Positions 1-9,306 of a DNA stretch of 28,064 nt are shown one piece after another. The stretch spans positions 1 through 28,064 of the forward strand of contig JBNKNM010000056.1 of NCBI GenBank assembly GCA_050293845.1, in the 5' to 3' direction. This DNA comes from Pseudobacteriovorax sp. (lineage in GTDB: Bacteria; Bdellovibrionota_B; Oligoflexia; Oligoflexales; Oligoflexaceae). Position 1 is the first letter of the stretch; every line of letters starts with the position of its first letter. The notes beneath the pieces were generated by a model, which saw only the letters and a list, made by a program, of their open reading frames with translations, made no database searches and had not been told where the DNA came from. Both the position numbers and the translations under genes were made by a program.

Positions 1-1015
1 TCCCTGGTCAAACCCTACAACAGACATTGATGCAGCTTGATGGAGCTTTTAAGAGATTTTGGAAAGGACTAGCATCCTTTCCTCAGTTCAAAAAGAAATT
101 CCAGAATATGGGAATTAAGATCCCCAAAGGGAAAACAAAAAATAACCCTGTGGGTAACTTTCACTTTCCAGATCATCCAAACCCTAAGAAGGGCTATATC
201 AAATTACCGAAGAGAGAAACTCCGTTCCGATTTCACAAGTGAAATCAGTCACCATTCGCAAAGAAGGCAGGGAATTCTATATATCAATTCTTTGTGATAT
301 TGGTGACAAGTATGAAAACATTGTAAATCCAAACTCCAATGTAATTGGTATTGATAGAGGCATAGTCAAAAGCATTGCATATAGCGATTTTAGCTTTTCT
401 GAACTTCCCAAGTCTCGGATAAAGTCGCTTGAGTCAAAAATAGCCGATTTGCAGGTCGCTATGGCTAAAAAAACAAAGTTTTCAAGTACTTGGCGAAAGC
501 TAAACATAAGAATATCCAAGCTGCACAAACGAATAACACGTATTAGACATGATTTTTTGTGGAAGACAGCGCACAACTTAGGCAAAAACCACGCCGTAGT
601 TGGTCTCGAAGCCCTAAAAACATCAAATATGAGTCGTTCCGCTAAAGGTAGTTTGGAGAATCCGGGGAAAAACGTAGCAGCAAAATCGGGTTTGAATCGA
701 GCTATATTGAGAGAAGGTTGGTATATGTTCTCTCAAATGCTTGATTGGGAGTGTAAAAAACATGGATCAAGGGTGGTCTATGTGAATCCACGCAACACGT
801 CCATTACCTGTTCGAGTTGCGGTAAAGTCGAAAAATCCTCACGCAAGGACCAAGCAAGGTTTGAATGTCGTTGCGGGTTTTCGGCAAATGCGGACACCAA
901 TGCCGCAATAAATATTAAGAATCTCGCCTCTGCTTGTAGCGGTTAAATGCCATGAGGCAATCACCTCGCGGTGATTGCCGACTGGAAGCCCCTCCTTCAG
1001 GTGAGGGTACTTGAC
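1..1015 (+). mobile_element. IS200/IS605-family element, right part (tnpB plus right end); left end outside window
   Basis: TnpB motifs, followed by a subterminal hairpin GGAAGCCCCTCCTTCAGGTGAGGG and ...TACTTGAC, resembling IS605-group right ends. Confidence 0.85.
3..946 (+). pseudogene. tnpB: TnpB RNA-guided endonuclease, 5'-truncated by the window and split by a frameshift near 240
   Basis: Frame 3..242 reads PGQTLQQTLMQLDGAFKRFWKGLASFPQFKKK...GYIKLPK. Frame 239..946 has RuvC-I GIDRG, RuvC-II GLEAL, Zn finger CSSC...CRC and RuvC-III NADTNAAINI. Confidence 0.9.
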
Positions 1016-1035
1016 AGAATTTAGAAGCTCAGCAA
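900..1035 (+). ncRNA. Putative TnpB omega/reRNA scaffold plus guide; 5' boundary approximate
   Basis: Perfect 10-bp hairpin GGCAATCACC-TCGC-GGTGATTGCC (956-979), right-end hairpin at ~989-1007, probable element end TTGAC (1011-1015); the guide would start at ~1016. Confidence 0.6.
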
Positions 1036-1040
1036 AGTAA

Positions 1041-1601
1041 CTAATTTGCTAATTTGTAGCCTACTGATATGATAGTTGTACTAAAGCCGGCAAAGGAACT
1101 GATGTAGAGTTCTGTGGTTTGGGTTTTATTATCGGCATTATCTTTAGTAGTTGCAGTAAGAGCACTTGTAAAAAGGTTATTTTCCAAATCAACAAAAAAA
1201 CTGCTATTTAAACTGATACGCAGTCCAAACTGTCCGGAATAGTATAAGCCAGAGTTGGTAGAATCGTCCCCAGATGTTTGCGATATTGATGCTAACCAAG
1301 ATAAATAGGGAATGAGGCGCGAACTTAATTTTTTAAACAGATACCGTTTACCCACCCCAGCGGTAATGGTTGTTTGGTCGGCATTAGAATCGGATTTAGT
1401 TTGGATGATTCGGGTTTGGATAGTCCATTGCTGGTTCTTTATTACTGCCAGCCCGTAGCGCCCGCCAACAGACAGTTCTGTGGAATCTTGGTTGTTATCG
1501 TCACTGATGGAGCGGTAGAATCCACTCAAAAGGCTGAGTTCTCCAGAAAAAGCACTCTGACTTACAATTGTCATGATAATAAAAATAAAATGAAGTTTCA
1601 C
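1041..1601 (-). CDS. Small outer-membrane beta-barrel protein (OmpA/OmpW-like barrel)
   Basis: Signal peptide (SAFS), alternating amphipathic strands (VGGRYGL, AGVGKRYLF, GQFGLRI), C-terminal ISVGYKL. Confidence 0.75.
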   Translation of the reverse strand: MKLHFIFIIMTIVSQSAFSGELSLLSGFYRSISDDNNQDSTELSVGGRYGLAVIKNQQWTIQTRIIQTKSDSNADQTTITAGVGKRYLFKKLSSRLIPYLSWLASISQTSGDDSTNSGLYYSGQFGLRISLNSSFFVDLENNLFTSALTATTKDNADNKTQTTELYISSFAGFSTTIISVGYKLAN

Positions 1602-1861
1602 TGTGAACCCCTTCCGGTGGGTGATTATTATAGAGAATTCATAGACATGCTCCTCTCAATTCTATTAAATTTCTCTTTGATTTTTAACCCAATAAGTGAC
1701 AGTTCCATTTAATATGCTGAGAGCCATCGTAAATAAATGCATGATGCGTTCTTTACATAATCTACGAAGCATGTCTTAAATCTGACCAGATGGTAGCAAA
1801 CAAAGCTGAAAATCTGATCTTCTTTATTGACTAAATTATATTTATGTCGTCTTATAAGGAA

Positions 1862-1968
1862 AGTTCATCAAGACCGGCTGAGGGACAGGCCCGAAGAAGC
1901 CGGGGCAACCCTGGTAACGACCAGAAAGGTGCCAATTCCTGCGGGATGCTTCCCGGGAGATGATCAGC
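1862..1968 (+). promoter_or_regulatory. SAM-I (S-box) riboswitch
   Basis: TCATCAAGA..GAGGGACAGGCCC..GAAGCC..GGCAACC..GGTGCCAATTCCTGC..GAGATGA matches the SAM-I consensus and lies directly upstream of methionine genes. Confidence 0.95.
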
Positions 1969-2025
1969 TTGTTTGACTGCTATACTCCCGTCCTTCCCCA
2001 GGGCTTCAGGAGGTAGTAAGTAGAA

Positions 2026-3021
2026 ATGCTGCAACAGAAACTCGCATCGCTTCCCTACACAGATTATGTATTGAAAGTCGATAGCTTCTTTTTAGCTTCA
2101 GGTCAGAACATTAGTGATGTTTCCATCGCTTATCGCGTCCACGGCAGGGTCGGTGATCCCTTGGTGTTCGTGCTGGGGGGGATATCAGCCCATCGTGGTT
2201 TAAATGATGAATCCAATGGTAAAAAGCCGTGGTGGAAGGATTTGGTGGGTCCTGGCAAAAGTATTGATACGGAACGCTATTGCGTGGTTGGCTTTGATTA
2301 CCTGGGTGGTGACGGAGGGACAACAGGAGCCAACGATTACGAAGGGTTGGCCGCCCTCGATATTGATACGACAGATCAAGGACGCGCGATCTTTGAAATA
2401 CAAAAAACCCTTGGTTACCAAAGCATTCATGCTATTGTTGGGGCTTCCTATGGAGCCATGGTAGGACTATCATTTAGTCAGCAGTTTCCGCAATTAATAA
2501 AAAAAGTTGTGGCTATTTCTGGTGCTCATCGCTCCCATCCTATGGCAATGGCTTGGCGTTATTTACAAAGGGAAATGCTTTCCCTAGCAGATAAGGCAGC
2601 CGATGAAGGTCGGAAAGAATTGAACTCGAAATTGGTAGCTCTATCGCGTGCTCTAGCTATGACAACCTACCGCTCGCCAGAAGAGTTTTCACAACGCTTT
2701 CATGGTATGGAAGAAGTAGCTGGATATCTCGATTACTGTGGCCGCTCTTTTGCATCTAACCGTGATTATAAATCCTATTTCTGCCTATCTCAGTCTATCG
2801 ATCGGCATCAAATTGCTGTCGAAAGAAATGCAGTTGAATTGCATATTATAGGTTTCGCAGAAGACCGTCTTGTTCCCAAAAACATTCTTCAAGAGCTTGC
2901 ACTGAAGTCGGGAGGGCAGTTGCACTCGTTTCACTCCCTTTATGGTCATGATGCTTTTTTAAAAGAGTTTAGAATTTTTAATCGTCTACTACCTAAATTA
3001 TTGGAAGGAAACATAAGATGA
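2026..3021 (+). CDS. metX: Homoserine O-acyltransferase (MetX family; succinyl versus acetyl specificity uncertain)
   Basis: alpha/beta hydrolase fold with LGGISA, WWKDLVGPGKSIDT, nucleophile GASYG and YGHDAFL; downstream of SAM riboswitch. Confidence 0.9.
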   Translation: MLQQKLASLPYTDYVLKVDSFFLASGQNISDVSIAYRVHGRVGDPLVFVLGGISAHRGLNDESNGKKPWWKDLVGPGKSIDTERYCVVGFDYLGGDGGTTGANDYEGLAALDIDTTDQGRAIFEIQKTLGYQSIHAIVGASYGAMVGLSFSQQFPQLIKKVVAISGAHRSHPMAMAWRYLQREMLSLADKAADEGRKELNSKLVALSRALAMTTYRSPEEFSQRFHGMEEVAGYLDYCGRSFASNRDYKSYFCLSQSIDRHQIAVERNAVELHIIGFAEDRLVPKNILQELALKSGGQLHSFHSLYGHDAFLKEFRIFNRLLPKLLEGNIR

Positions 3022-4214
3022 GGACGCATAAGAATGCTGCGACGGTAGCGACAAGACTGGGCATAGAATCTGACACCCAATACGGTGCGGTGATTCCCCC
3101 CATACATCTAAGCTCGACATTTTCTTTTCAAGGATACCAACAGAAGAGACAGTATGATTATACCCGTTCGGGAAATCCCACTCGCGATTTAACAGCCGAA
3201 GTTATCGCGGAGTTGGAAGGAGGGGAGGGAGCCGTAGTAACAGCTACAGGAATGGCAGCGGTTACTCTTGTGTTAAATACCCTTAAACTAGGCGACACTG
3301 TGATTGCTTGCCATGATTGCTATGGTGGTACTTATCGTTTGCTCAACCATTTGGATAAGCAAGGGATTATAAAATGCTGCTTTGTTGATTTTGCCGATCT
3401 GACGGCTTTAACAGAGGCTCTTTCCAAAAAACCCCAATTATGTTGGATTGAGACTCCCAGCAATCCATTGTTACGCTTGATTGATATCAAGCAGGTAGCT
3501 GCGATGTGTGACAGTAAAACTAAAATCGTAGTGGATAATACTTTCCTGACTCCTATGGGACAAAAGCCTTTTGCGTTAGGTGCTGATATCATCGTGCATT
3601 CTACAACAAAATATATAAATGGTCATAGTGATGTTGTTGGAGGAGCTGTTGTAGCTAAAGATCAAGGCATTCTGGAAAACCTCGCCTGGACCGCTAACTG
3701 CCTTGGCATTACGGGCTCACCATTTGATAGTTATTTGACATTGCGAGGGATTAGGACGTTGCCCCTTAGGTTCAAAAAACATTGTGAGAATGCTCAACTT
3801 ATTGCAGAGTTTATGGCCAAACACCCCGCTGTGGAACGTGTTTATTACCCTGGATTAACGGACCATGTCAGTCATCTACTTGCAAAAAAGCAGCAGGAAA
3901 CTTTTGGGGCTATGATTAGCTTTGAGCTGTACGATCATCTTTCGGTAGAAAGATTTTTAGCATCTTTGGAATTATTCTCCCTCGCAGAATCATTGGGAGG
4001 AGTAGAAAGCCTCATTGCGCATCCTGCATCGATGACCCATGCTGCTATGGAACCTCAAGCTCGAGAAACTGCCGGAATATCTGATAAATTGCTGCGTATT
4101 TCTGTAGGAATTGAAGAGGCGGAAGATTTGATCCAAGATCTTTCAATAGGCCTACAATCTCTGATAAGTAAGCCGTGGGATAAACCCATGGCTCATAGAC
4201 AAGTTGAAGTTTAA
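3018..4214 (+). CDS. metB: Cystathionine gamma-synthase
   Basis: YTRSGNPTR, ETPSNP, DNTF, PLP lysine motif HSTTKYINGHSD, AESLGGVESL; ATGA overlap with metX. Confidence 0.93.
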   Translation: MRTHKNAATVATRLGIESDTQYGAVIPPIHLSSTFSFQGYQQKRQYDYTRSGNPTRDLTAEVIAELEGGEGAVVTATGMAAVTLVLNTLKLGDTVIACHDCYGGTYRLLNHLDKQGIIKCCFVDFADLTALTEALSKKPQLCWIETPSNPLLRLIDIKQVAAMCDSKTKIVVDNTFLTPMGQKPFALGADIIVHSTTKYINGHSDVVGGAVVAKDQGILENLAWTANCLGITGSPFDSYLTLRGIRTLPLRFKKHCENAQLIAEFMAKHPAVERVYYPGLTDHVSHLLAKKQQETFGAMISFELYDHLSVERFLASLELFSLAESLGGVESLIAHPASMTHAAMEPQARETAGISDKLLRISVGIEEAEDLIQDLSIGLQSLISKPWDKPMAHRQVEV

Positions 4215-4374
4215 TATCTACCGGCTTCACCGAAGGGAGTGGTGATGGTATCTCCACTAATGTTGTGACCCGTCATCGCTGTGAAGTCCTCACTTATGCC
4301 AATCGTCTCAGTTATATCATCAGAGACTTCGAATAAATTTTTTTATAGATTCCCTATGATGGAGTATTAAATTA

Positions 4375-4401
4375 TAAAGAAATTCAAGAACTAACCGAAG
4401 T
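4375..4401 (+). promoter_or_regulatory. Sigma28 (FliA)-like promoter
   Basis: TAAA-N15-ACCGAAGT upstream of ATG 4428. Confidence 0.45.
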
Positions 4402-4427
4402 CTTCAGAAACAGGGTGGGGATGTTTT

Positions 4428-5510
4428 ATGGGATTTCTGAGACTGCTGTTGCTGATCATTAGCGGATATGGTTTTGCCGAAGGCATAACAGATGAGCAAA
4501 AGCGCTATGCAGCAGAGCTAGATGAGGAGATTGGTGGTTTACCTGTGTTTTTTCGGACTCCTGAAACAGGATTCGCATTGGGTGCCGTTTTAATATACGT
4601 TCCCAAAAATGATTTACTCAAGCCTGAACCATTGATCACAGGTTTAATGTATACAGAAAAGGAACAATTTCTGTGGGCATTAGGAACGAAAAAAAAACTA
4701 GCTAGTAGTGATGTCACAGCAAAAATATATTTTGAAATTATCGACTTTCCACAAAAATACTTTGGTTCAGGGGCTCATACCTTAGAAGCTGACGAACAGC
4801 TCATTAGTGAGCGCCGCGTTCTGTTCGAGCCAGGTCTTGAATACCCCATATGGAGCCATCTTTCCGTGGGGCTATCACTGGTGTTTCGCAAAGATCAGTT
4901 TAAGAGTGTCGAGCGTAAAAAATCTACGATTAATTACTCTCAGATAGCAGGAATAGAAGGAGGAGAACAGCGAGGTTGCAGCTTATACTTGTTTTGGGAA
5001 GATATCGATGATGTTTTTTACCCTAAAAATGGTAGTCGCCTGAGTGGGGGATGGTCAGACTATCTAGAGGAACTAGGAGCAAGCTATCCTTTCCATGTTT
5101 GGTACCTGGATGGCAAATTGTATAAGAGTTTATCTCCTAATCTTGTTTGGGCAAATCGCATCTATGGTTCGTTTCAATCGGGCCATGTCCCCTATTACCA
5201 ACTAGAAAAATTAGGTGGCCATGACCTATTGCGTGGTTACTTTGCCGGACGTTATCGAGATCGTAATATATTCGTTGCTGAAACTGAGATGCGCTATCGA
5301 TTTCATCCCCGATTTGTAGCTGCAGCTTTTACGGGAGCAGGAGATGTTGCCCATGATCCTCAGAACTTCACGGTTGCAGAGCTTAGGCCCTCATATGGGG
5401 TAGGGCTTCGCTACCAAATTACAGAAACACAAAAAATAAACCTCAGAGCGGATATAGGAATTGGCAATGAGGGGCCACAGCTCTATCTATACGTACTGGA
5501 AGCTTTCTAG
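4428..5510 (+). CDS. BamA/TamA (Omp85) family barrel-only outer-membrane protein
   Basis: Signal peptide, PETGFALG, YPKNG, LRGYFAGRYRD, YGVGLRY, C-terminal EAF. Confidence 0.85.
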   Translation: MGFLRLLLLIISGYGFAEGITDEQKRYAAELDEEIGGLPVFFRTPETGFALGAVLIYVPKNDLLKPEPLITGLMYTEKEQFLWALGTKKKLASSDVTAKIYFEIIDFPQKYFGSGAHTLEADEQLISERRVLFEPGLEYPIWSHLSVGLSLVFRKDQFKSVERKKSTINYSQIAGIEGGEQRGCSLYLFWEDIDDVFYPKNGSRLSGGWSDYLEELGASYPFHVWYLDGKLYKSLSPNLVWANRIYGSFQSGHVPYYQLEKLGGHDLLRGYFAGRYRDRNIFVAETEMRYRFHPRFVAAAFTGAGDVAHDPQNFTVAELRPSYGVGLRYQITETQKINLRADIGIGNEGPQLYLYVLEAF

Positions 5511-5512
5511 CA

Positions 5513-5905
5513 TCATGTTTTCTTTCTAAACTCTAAACATGCAGAATTGACGCAGTATCTTAGGCCTGTAGGAGGGGGGCCGTCTGAAAAAACATGACCG
5601 AGATGTGAATCGCATTGGTAACAGCTCACCTCGGTTCTGGTCATTCCATGGCTAAAATCTGGTTTTTCTGCAACCTTACCTTTTATAGACTGATAAAACC
5701 CTGGCCAGCCACAACTTGTGGGGAATTTTGTCGCACCATCAAAGAGTACGGCTCCACAAGCTTTGCAGTGCCAAGAACCATCTTCAAAAAAATCATTGTA
5801 TACTCCGGAGTAAGGTTCCTCGGTGCCCTTGTTTCGGAGAATATGATAGTCTTTTTCCGATAGTTTACTTTTCCAAAATTCCTCTGATTTATTTTTCCAA
5901 TCCAT
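5513..5905 (-). CDS. msrB: Peptide methionine sulfoxide reductase MsrB
   Basis: KGTEEPY, CxxC pairs, CGWPGF, HLGHVFSDGP, RYCVNS. Confidence 0.96.
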   Translation of the reverse strand: MDWKNKSEEFWKSKLSEKDYHILRNKGTEEPYSGVYNDFFEDGSWHCKACGAVLFDGATKFPTSCGWPGFYQSIKGKVAEKPDFSHGMTRTEVSCYQCDSHLGHVFSDGPPPTGLRYCVNSACLEFRKKT

Positions 5906-5985
5906 AAATACCTCTCTTTATATATTCTATTAAAGTCCACATTCCCTTGTAACAAAAAGAGAAAAAAAAATATTGTAGATATTTT

Positions 5986-6012
5986 TCAATCTGTACTTTG
6001 AGCTTCCGAAGA
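5986..6012 (+). promoter_or_regulatory. Sigma28-like promoter
   Basis: TCAA-N15-TCCGAAGA upstream of AGGAG RBS and the receiver gene. Confidence 0.45.
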
Positions 6013-6041
6013 AACTCTATAAAAACGAAAAGGAGTTTTTG

Positions 6042-6419
6042 ATGGAGCCAAAATCTCTCTTAGTTGTGGATGACAGTAGTGACTTTGCCGATATTGTAAA
6101 TGATCTTGTGAAAGAGGCCTTCCCTCAGTGCGAAGTTTTTAAAGCTTCTGATCTCGATTCTGCGAAAAAAATTATCGATGAGAAGCCGCTAGAGGTAGTT
6201 ATAACGGATTATCTTATGGGACCTCATCAAGGCAGTGATCTCGTAAATTACTGTAGGGGTACTTCGATAAATATTGTTGTACTCACCGGTGCGGCAGTTA
6301 ATGATGTGAAAATGCGTGTTCCAGCGAATATCCAAATTTATAATAAATATTCAACCGTTCAAAATAACAAGCTGATTTCAATAATTAAAAAACTAAACAG
6401 CTTGGAAGTGCCTTTGTAA
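6042..6419 (+). CDS. Single-domain response regulator (receiver)
   Basis: LVVDD, ITDY phosphoacceptor Asp, VLTG, conserved Lys; AGGAG RBS. Confidence 0.88.
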   Translation: MEPKSLLVVDDSSDFADIVNDLVKEAFPQCEVFKASDLDSAKKIIDEKPLEVVITDYLMGPHQGSDLVNYCRGTSINIVVLTGAAVNDVKMRVPANIQIYNKYSTVQNNKLISIIKKLNSLEVPL

Positions 6420-6424
6420 TTCAA

Positions 6425-9115
6425 TTATTGTGCAAGGTCGAATTGCTGGTTTATAAGAGGGAAACGAATTTTAAAAACGAAGCCTACACGATTCTTATCT
6501 AAATAATTATTAGGTTGAATATCTATTTCACCATTAATTTCTGTTAGCATGGTTCTCACAGAGTTTAACCCCACTCCTCGTCCAGATAATTCGGTAATCT
6601 GATCTGCTGTACTCATGTTTGAGTTGAAAATAAGCCTGCCTACTTCCAAGTCACTAGCACTCTCTTCAATAAAGTGTTTCTTAAGTCCCTTTTTACGTAA
6701 GGAATCAATGTTGAGTCCTTGACCATCATCAAAAAATAAAATGTAAACAGAGTCATTGCGGACCTGAGCCTCGACGATAATCATTCCTTGCTCATCTTTA
6801 TTTTTTCGTCTCCTTTCTTCAGGAGATTCGATACCATGATCTAAGGAATTTGTGGTTAGGTGCACTAGCACTTTTTCTAGCAAGGTTAATTGGGATTTTG
6901 TTATAATGTGATTGGTTCCTGTGATCTTCATATGGGGTATGGGTTTTTTAAGAAATTTGGCTGCCTTTGTTACCGATTGTTCAACAATTCTTTGTAAGGA
7001 TTTATTTAAGGTAAAGCCAAAGTCGTTAGCCATCTCATCAACAAGGTTCGCTATACGATTTAGTTTGTTCTGAGTTTTGGTATCTGACTTAAGGAGAACC
7101 GAAATTTCAGCAATTTGATCCCGACCTATAGACTGATGAGCGCTATTGAGTGCAAGTTTGTTTGTAGCGACATCATCGTAGAGATCAAGTAAATTGCCAA
7201 TATGCAATATATTTTCTCGACCTTTTTCCTTATCAAAAAGTGAATGATCTTTTCTAGATTGATCAAAGTAGCTTTCTACATCATGAACTAGTTCAGATAA
7301 CATCGATAAACCAGAAGTTCTGGAAATGCCTTTTAATGTATGAAGGTCTTGAAAAATGCTCTCAATCTTTTTGTCGGTTTCTTGATTGCGATCTAGACTT
7401 AACTTGGAAGATTCGTAGAGTGATAGACACTCAGAAAAAATACGATAAAAGTCGTCTTTGATAGGTATGATTTGAGAGATGATTTTGAACTCAGTTTTTT
7501 GAGTTTCAGCATCATGAACCAACTCTTTTATGCGAGTAACATCTCTAAGAGTTAAAATGAATTTAGTGACAATGTCTCCATTATCATAAATTGGATTCCA
7601 ATCAGCATCGAGAATTTTTGGTGATTTCATATTTTTGAAGGTAAGTTCTTGAGGGAATAAATGACTATTAGCGGCAAAGTTAATTTTGTCATTTCCTATA
7701 CTAAGTTCAATAGCTTCACGGATTTGATCTAATTGCTCATTACTTAGACTTGACTTTGAAAGAAGAGCTTCTTCTAGAGTTTTACCTGCAATTTGTTTAA
7801 CTTCCAAAATTTCTTCCAAGTGATTAGAATATTCAGGTAAAATAACTTCATCATCTTTAAATGTTAGAATTCCTTGGGTAATATGATTTAATATCGCCTT
7901 AATATCTCGTGTTTTTTCAATAACTACTTGTTCTATATTGTGTAGGATTTGATTGAGTTTTGTGTTGGATATACGTAGATCTTTTCTTAATGTATTAACC
8001 TGGTCAGCTAATCCAAAGGAAAGCAAAAGCATTTCTAATGTCGAACCTAAAAGCTGAGAATAATCAGTGAGTATGCTTGAAGGAATTATTCCTAATTTGT
8101 TAAAAACAACAAGAAGAGAACTGGAAAGGAAAAATAACCAAGATACACTATAGATGTACCCCTCCCTTTGCCTTTTTCTGAAGCTTTTAATCAATAAAAA
8201 AATTATGAAAGAGATTACAATGACGACAAAACTCAGGGAAATTTTGATCGATATGATATAGGGAATATAAAAAGAAACTGCGATATATACGGCTAGTATA
8301 TATAGTAGATAGGAATAAATTTTATCGAATTTTGGTGAGAGCCGTTTGGATTTTAAGAAAGTCTTGGTAAAAAGAGATCCAAACAACACAATCATACAGA
8401 CTGATTTGTCTTGCATATGTTTATTGATATCAGGAATATTACCCCAGATAAACTGAAACCCTAAACCAGATATACTTGCTTGAAAAGTAGCAAAGGACAA
8501 GACAAAAGCTACATAATATAGATAGCTGAGCCTTCTTACAACGGCAAACAGGAGAAGGTTGTAACCGGCAATCATAAACGCTGCACCAAAGTATAGCATA
8601 TGTACATAATCGTGTACTGCTACAGCTTTTCGGTATTCACTATAACTCATAATCCTAAGGGGAGCTTGGACGGAACTCTCTGTATCAATTTTCATTATCA
8701 TTGATTCGGTATTGCAAGAAATAGGAAAGTAATAATAACTGCTATGTATAGGGCGGTTTTTAAATGGAATTCTATCGCCCGTTTTGTAAGATTTTAAAAA
8801 ACTACTATCTGCTCTGAAAAACCAGACTTCAATATTATCAAGTATGGGATAAGAAATCTCTAATAATTGAACCTTCTTATTCTTACACTTGGGGAGTGAA
8901 ATCTTAAACCAAAAAGCCTCTTTTCTGAAACCGAAATTAATTCCTTTATCCTCTAACGGATACCATTCGCTTTCGGATAATGTCTTAATCGTCTCAATGT
9001 TTAGTGTTCTTGCAGGATCTGTGAGATATTTGATATTAGATGCATCAATAACAGTTTTTGAAAGCGCAATCGAATTGATTTGAAAAAACAGAATTGCAAA
9101 ATATAGGAACTTCAT
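6425..9115 (-). CDS. 7TM-DISM sensor fused to HPt and CheA-like HATPase domains
   Basis: DISMED2 (NFGF..AFWFK, YPILDNIEV), 7TM (YNLLLF..YLYY), HPt LHTLKG, N box HLTTNSLDHGIE, DDGQGL, SGRGVGL. ATG 9115 preferred because it begins a signal peptide (MKFLYF). Confidence 0.85.
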   Translation of the reverse strand: MKFLYFAILFFQINSIALSKTVIDASNIKYLTDPARTLNIETIKTLSESEWYPLEDKGINFGFRKEAFWFKISLPKCKNKKVQLLEISYPILDNIEVWFFRADSSFLKSYKTGDRIPFKNRPIHSSYYYFPISCNTESMIMKIDTESSVQAPLRIMSYSEYRKAVAVHDYVHMLYFGAAFMIAGYNLLLFAVVRRLSYLYYVAFVLSFATFQASISGLGFQFIWGNIPDINKHMQDKSVCMIVLFGSLFTKTFLKSKRLSPKFDKIYSYLLYILAVYIAVSFYIPYIISIKISLSFVVIVISFIIFLLIKSFRKRQREGYIYSVSWLFFLSSSLLVVFNKLGIIPSSILTDYSQLLGSTLEMLLLSFGLADQVNTLRKDLRISNTKLNQILHNIEQVVIEKTRDIKAILNHITQGILTFKDDEVILPEYSNHLEEILEVKQIAGKTLEEALLSKSSLSNEQLDQIREAIELSIGNDKINFAANSHLFPQELTFKNMKSPKILDADWNPIYDNGDIVTKFILTLRDVTRIKELVHDAETQKTEFKIISQIIPIKDDFYRIFSECLSLYESSKLSLDRNQETDKKIESIFQDLHTLKGISRTSGLSMLSELVHDVESYFDQSRKDHSLFDKEKGRENILHIGNLLDLYDDVATNKLALNSAHQSIGRDQIAEISVLLKSDTKTQNKLNRIANLVDEMANDFGFTLNKSLQRIVEQSVTKAAKFLKKPIPHMKITGTNHIITKSQLTLLEKVLVHLTTNSLDHGIESPEERRRKNKDEQGMIIVEAQVRNDSVYILFFDDGQGLNIDSLRKKGLKKHFIEESASDLEVGRLIFNSNMSTADQITELSGRGVGLNSVRTMLTEINGEIDIQPNNYLDKNRVGFVFKIRFPLINQQFDLAQ

Positions 9116-9180
9116 CCCGCTCTCAAAATAGTTTTTTACAATTGTATATTTGTTTATGTTATCACTCTTGAGTGACTTAT

Positions 9181-9207
9181 AGGTCGGCAATATATGTTAG
9201 CACTAAA
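9181..9207 (-). promoter_or_regulatory. Sigma28-like promoter
   Basis: Minus strand TTTA-N15-GCCGACCT, upstream of ATG 9115. Confidence 0.4.
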
Positions 9208-9306
9208 ATTATTGAGTTAAATACTTTATAAAATATCTAAGTTTATGCTGAATATTTTTTGATTATATAAATTACGAAAGAATTGGTTTCTTTTATCTGC
9301 TTGATA

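Noticed and set aside
947..1040. CRISPR array next to the Cas12-like TnpB
   Set aside because: No repeat-spacer periodicity here or elsewhere in the window
1374..1712. 112-aa plus-strand ORF
   Set aside because: Overlaps the OMP gene antisense, with no RBS or motif
1852..2034. 60-aa minus-strand ORF
   Set aside because: Antisense to the SAM riboswitch; an artefact of GC-rich RNA sequence
4188..4214. MAHRQVEV as the fused start of a lost metL/hom gene
   Set aside because: In frame with metB and lacks the KFGG aspartokinase motif; better read as an ordinary C-terminal tail
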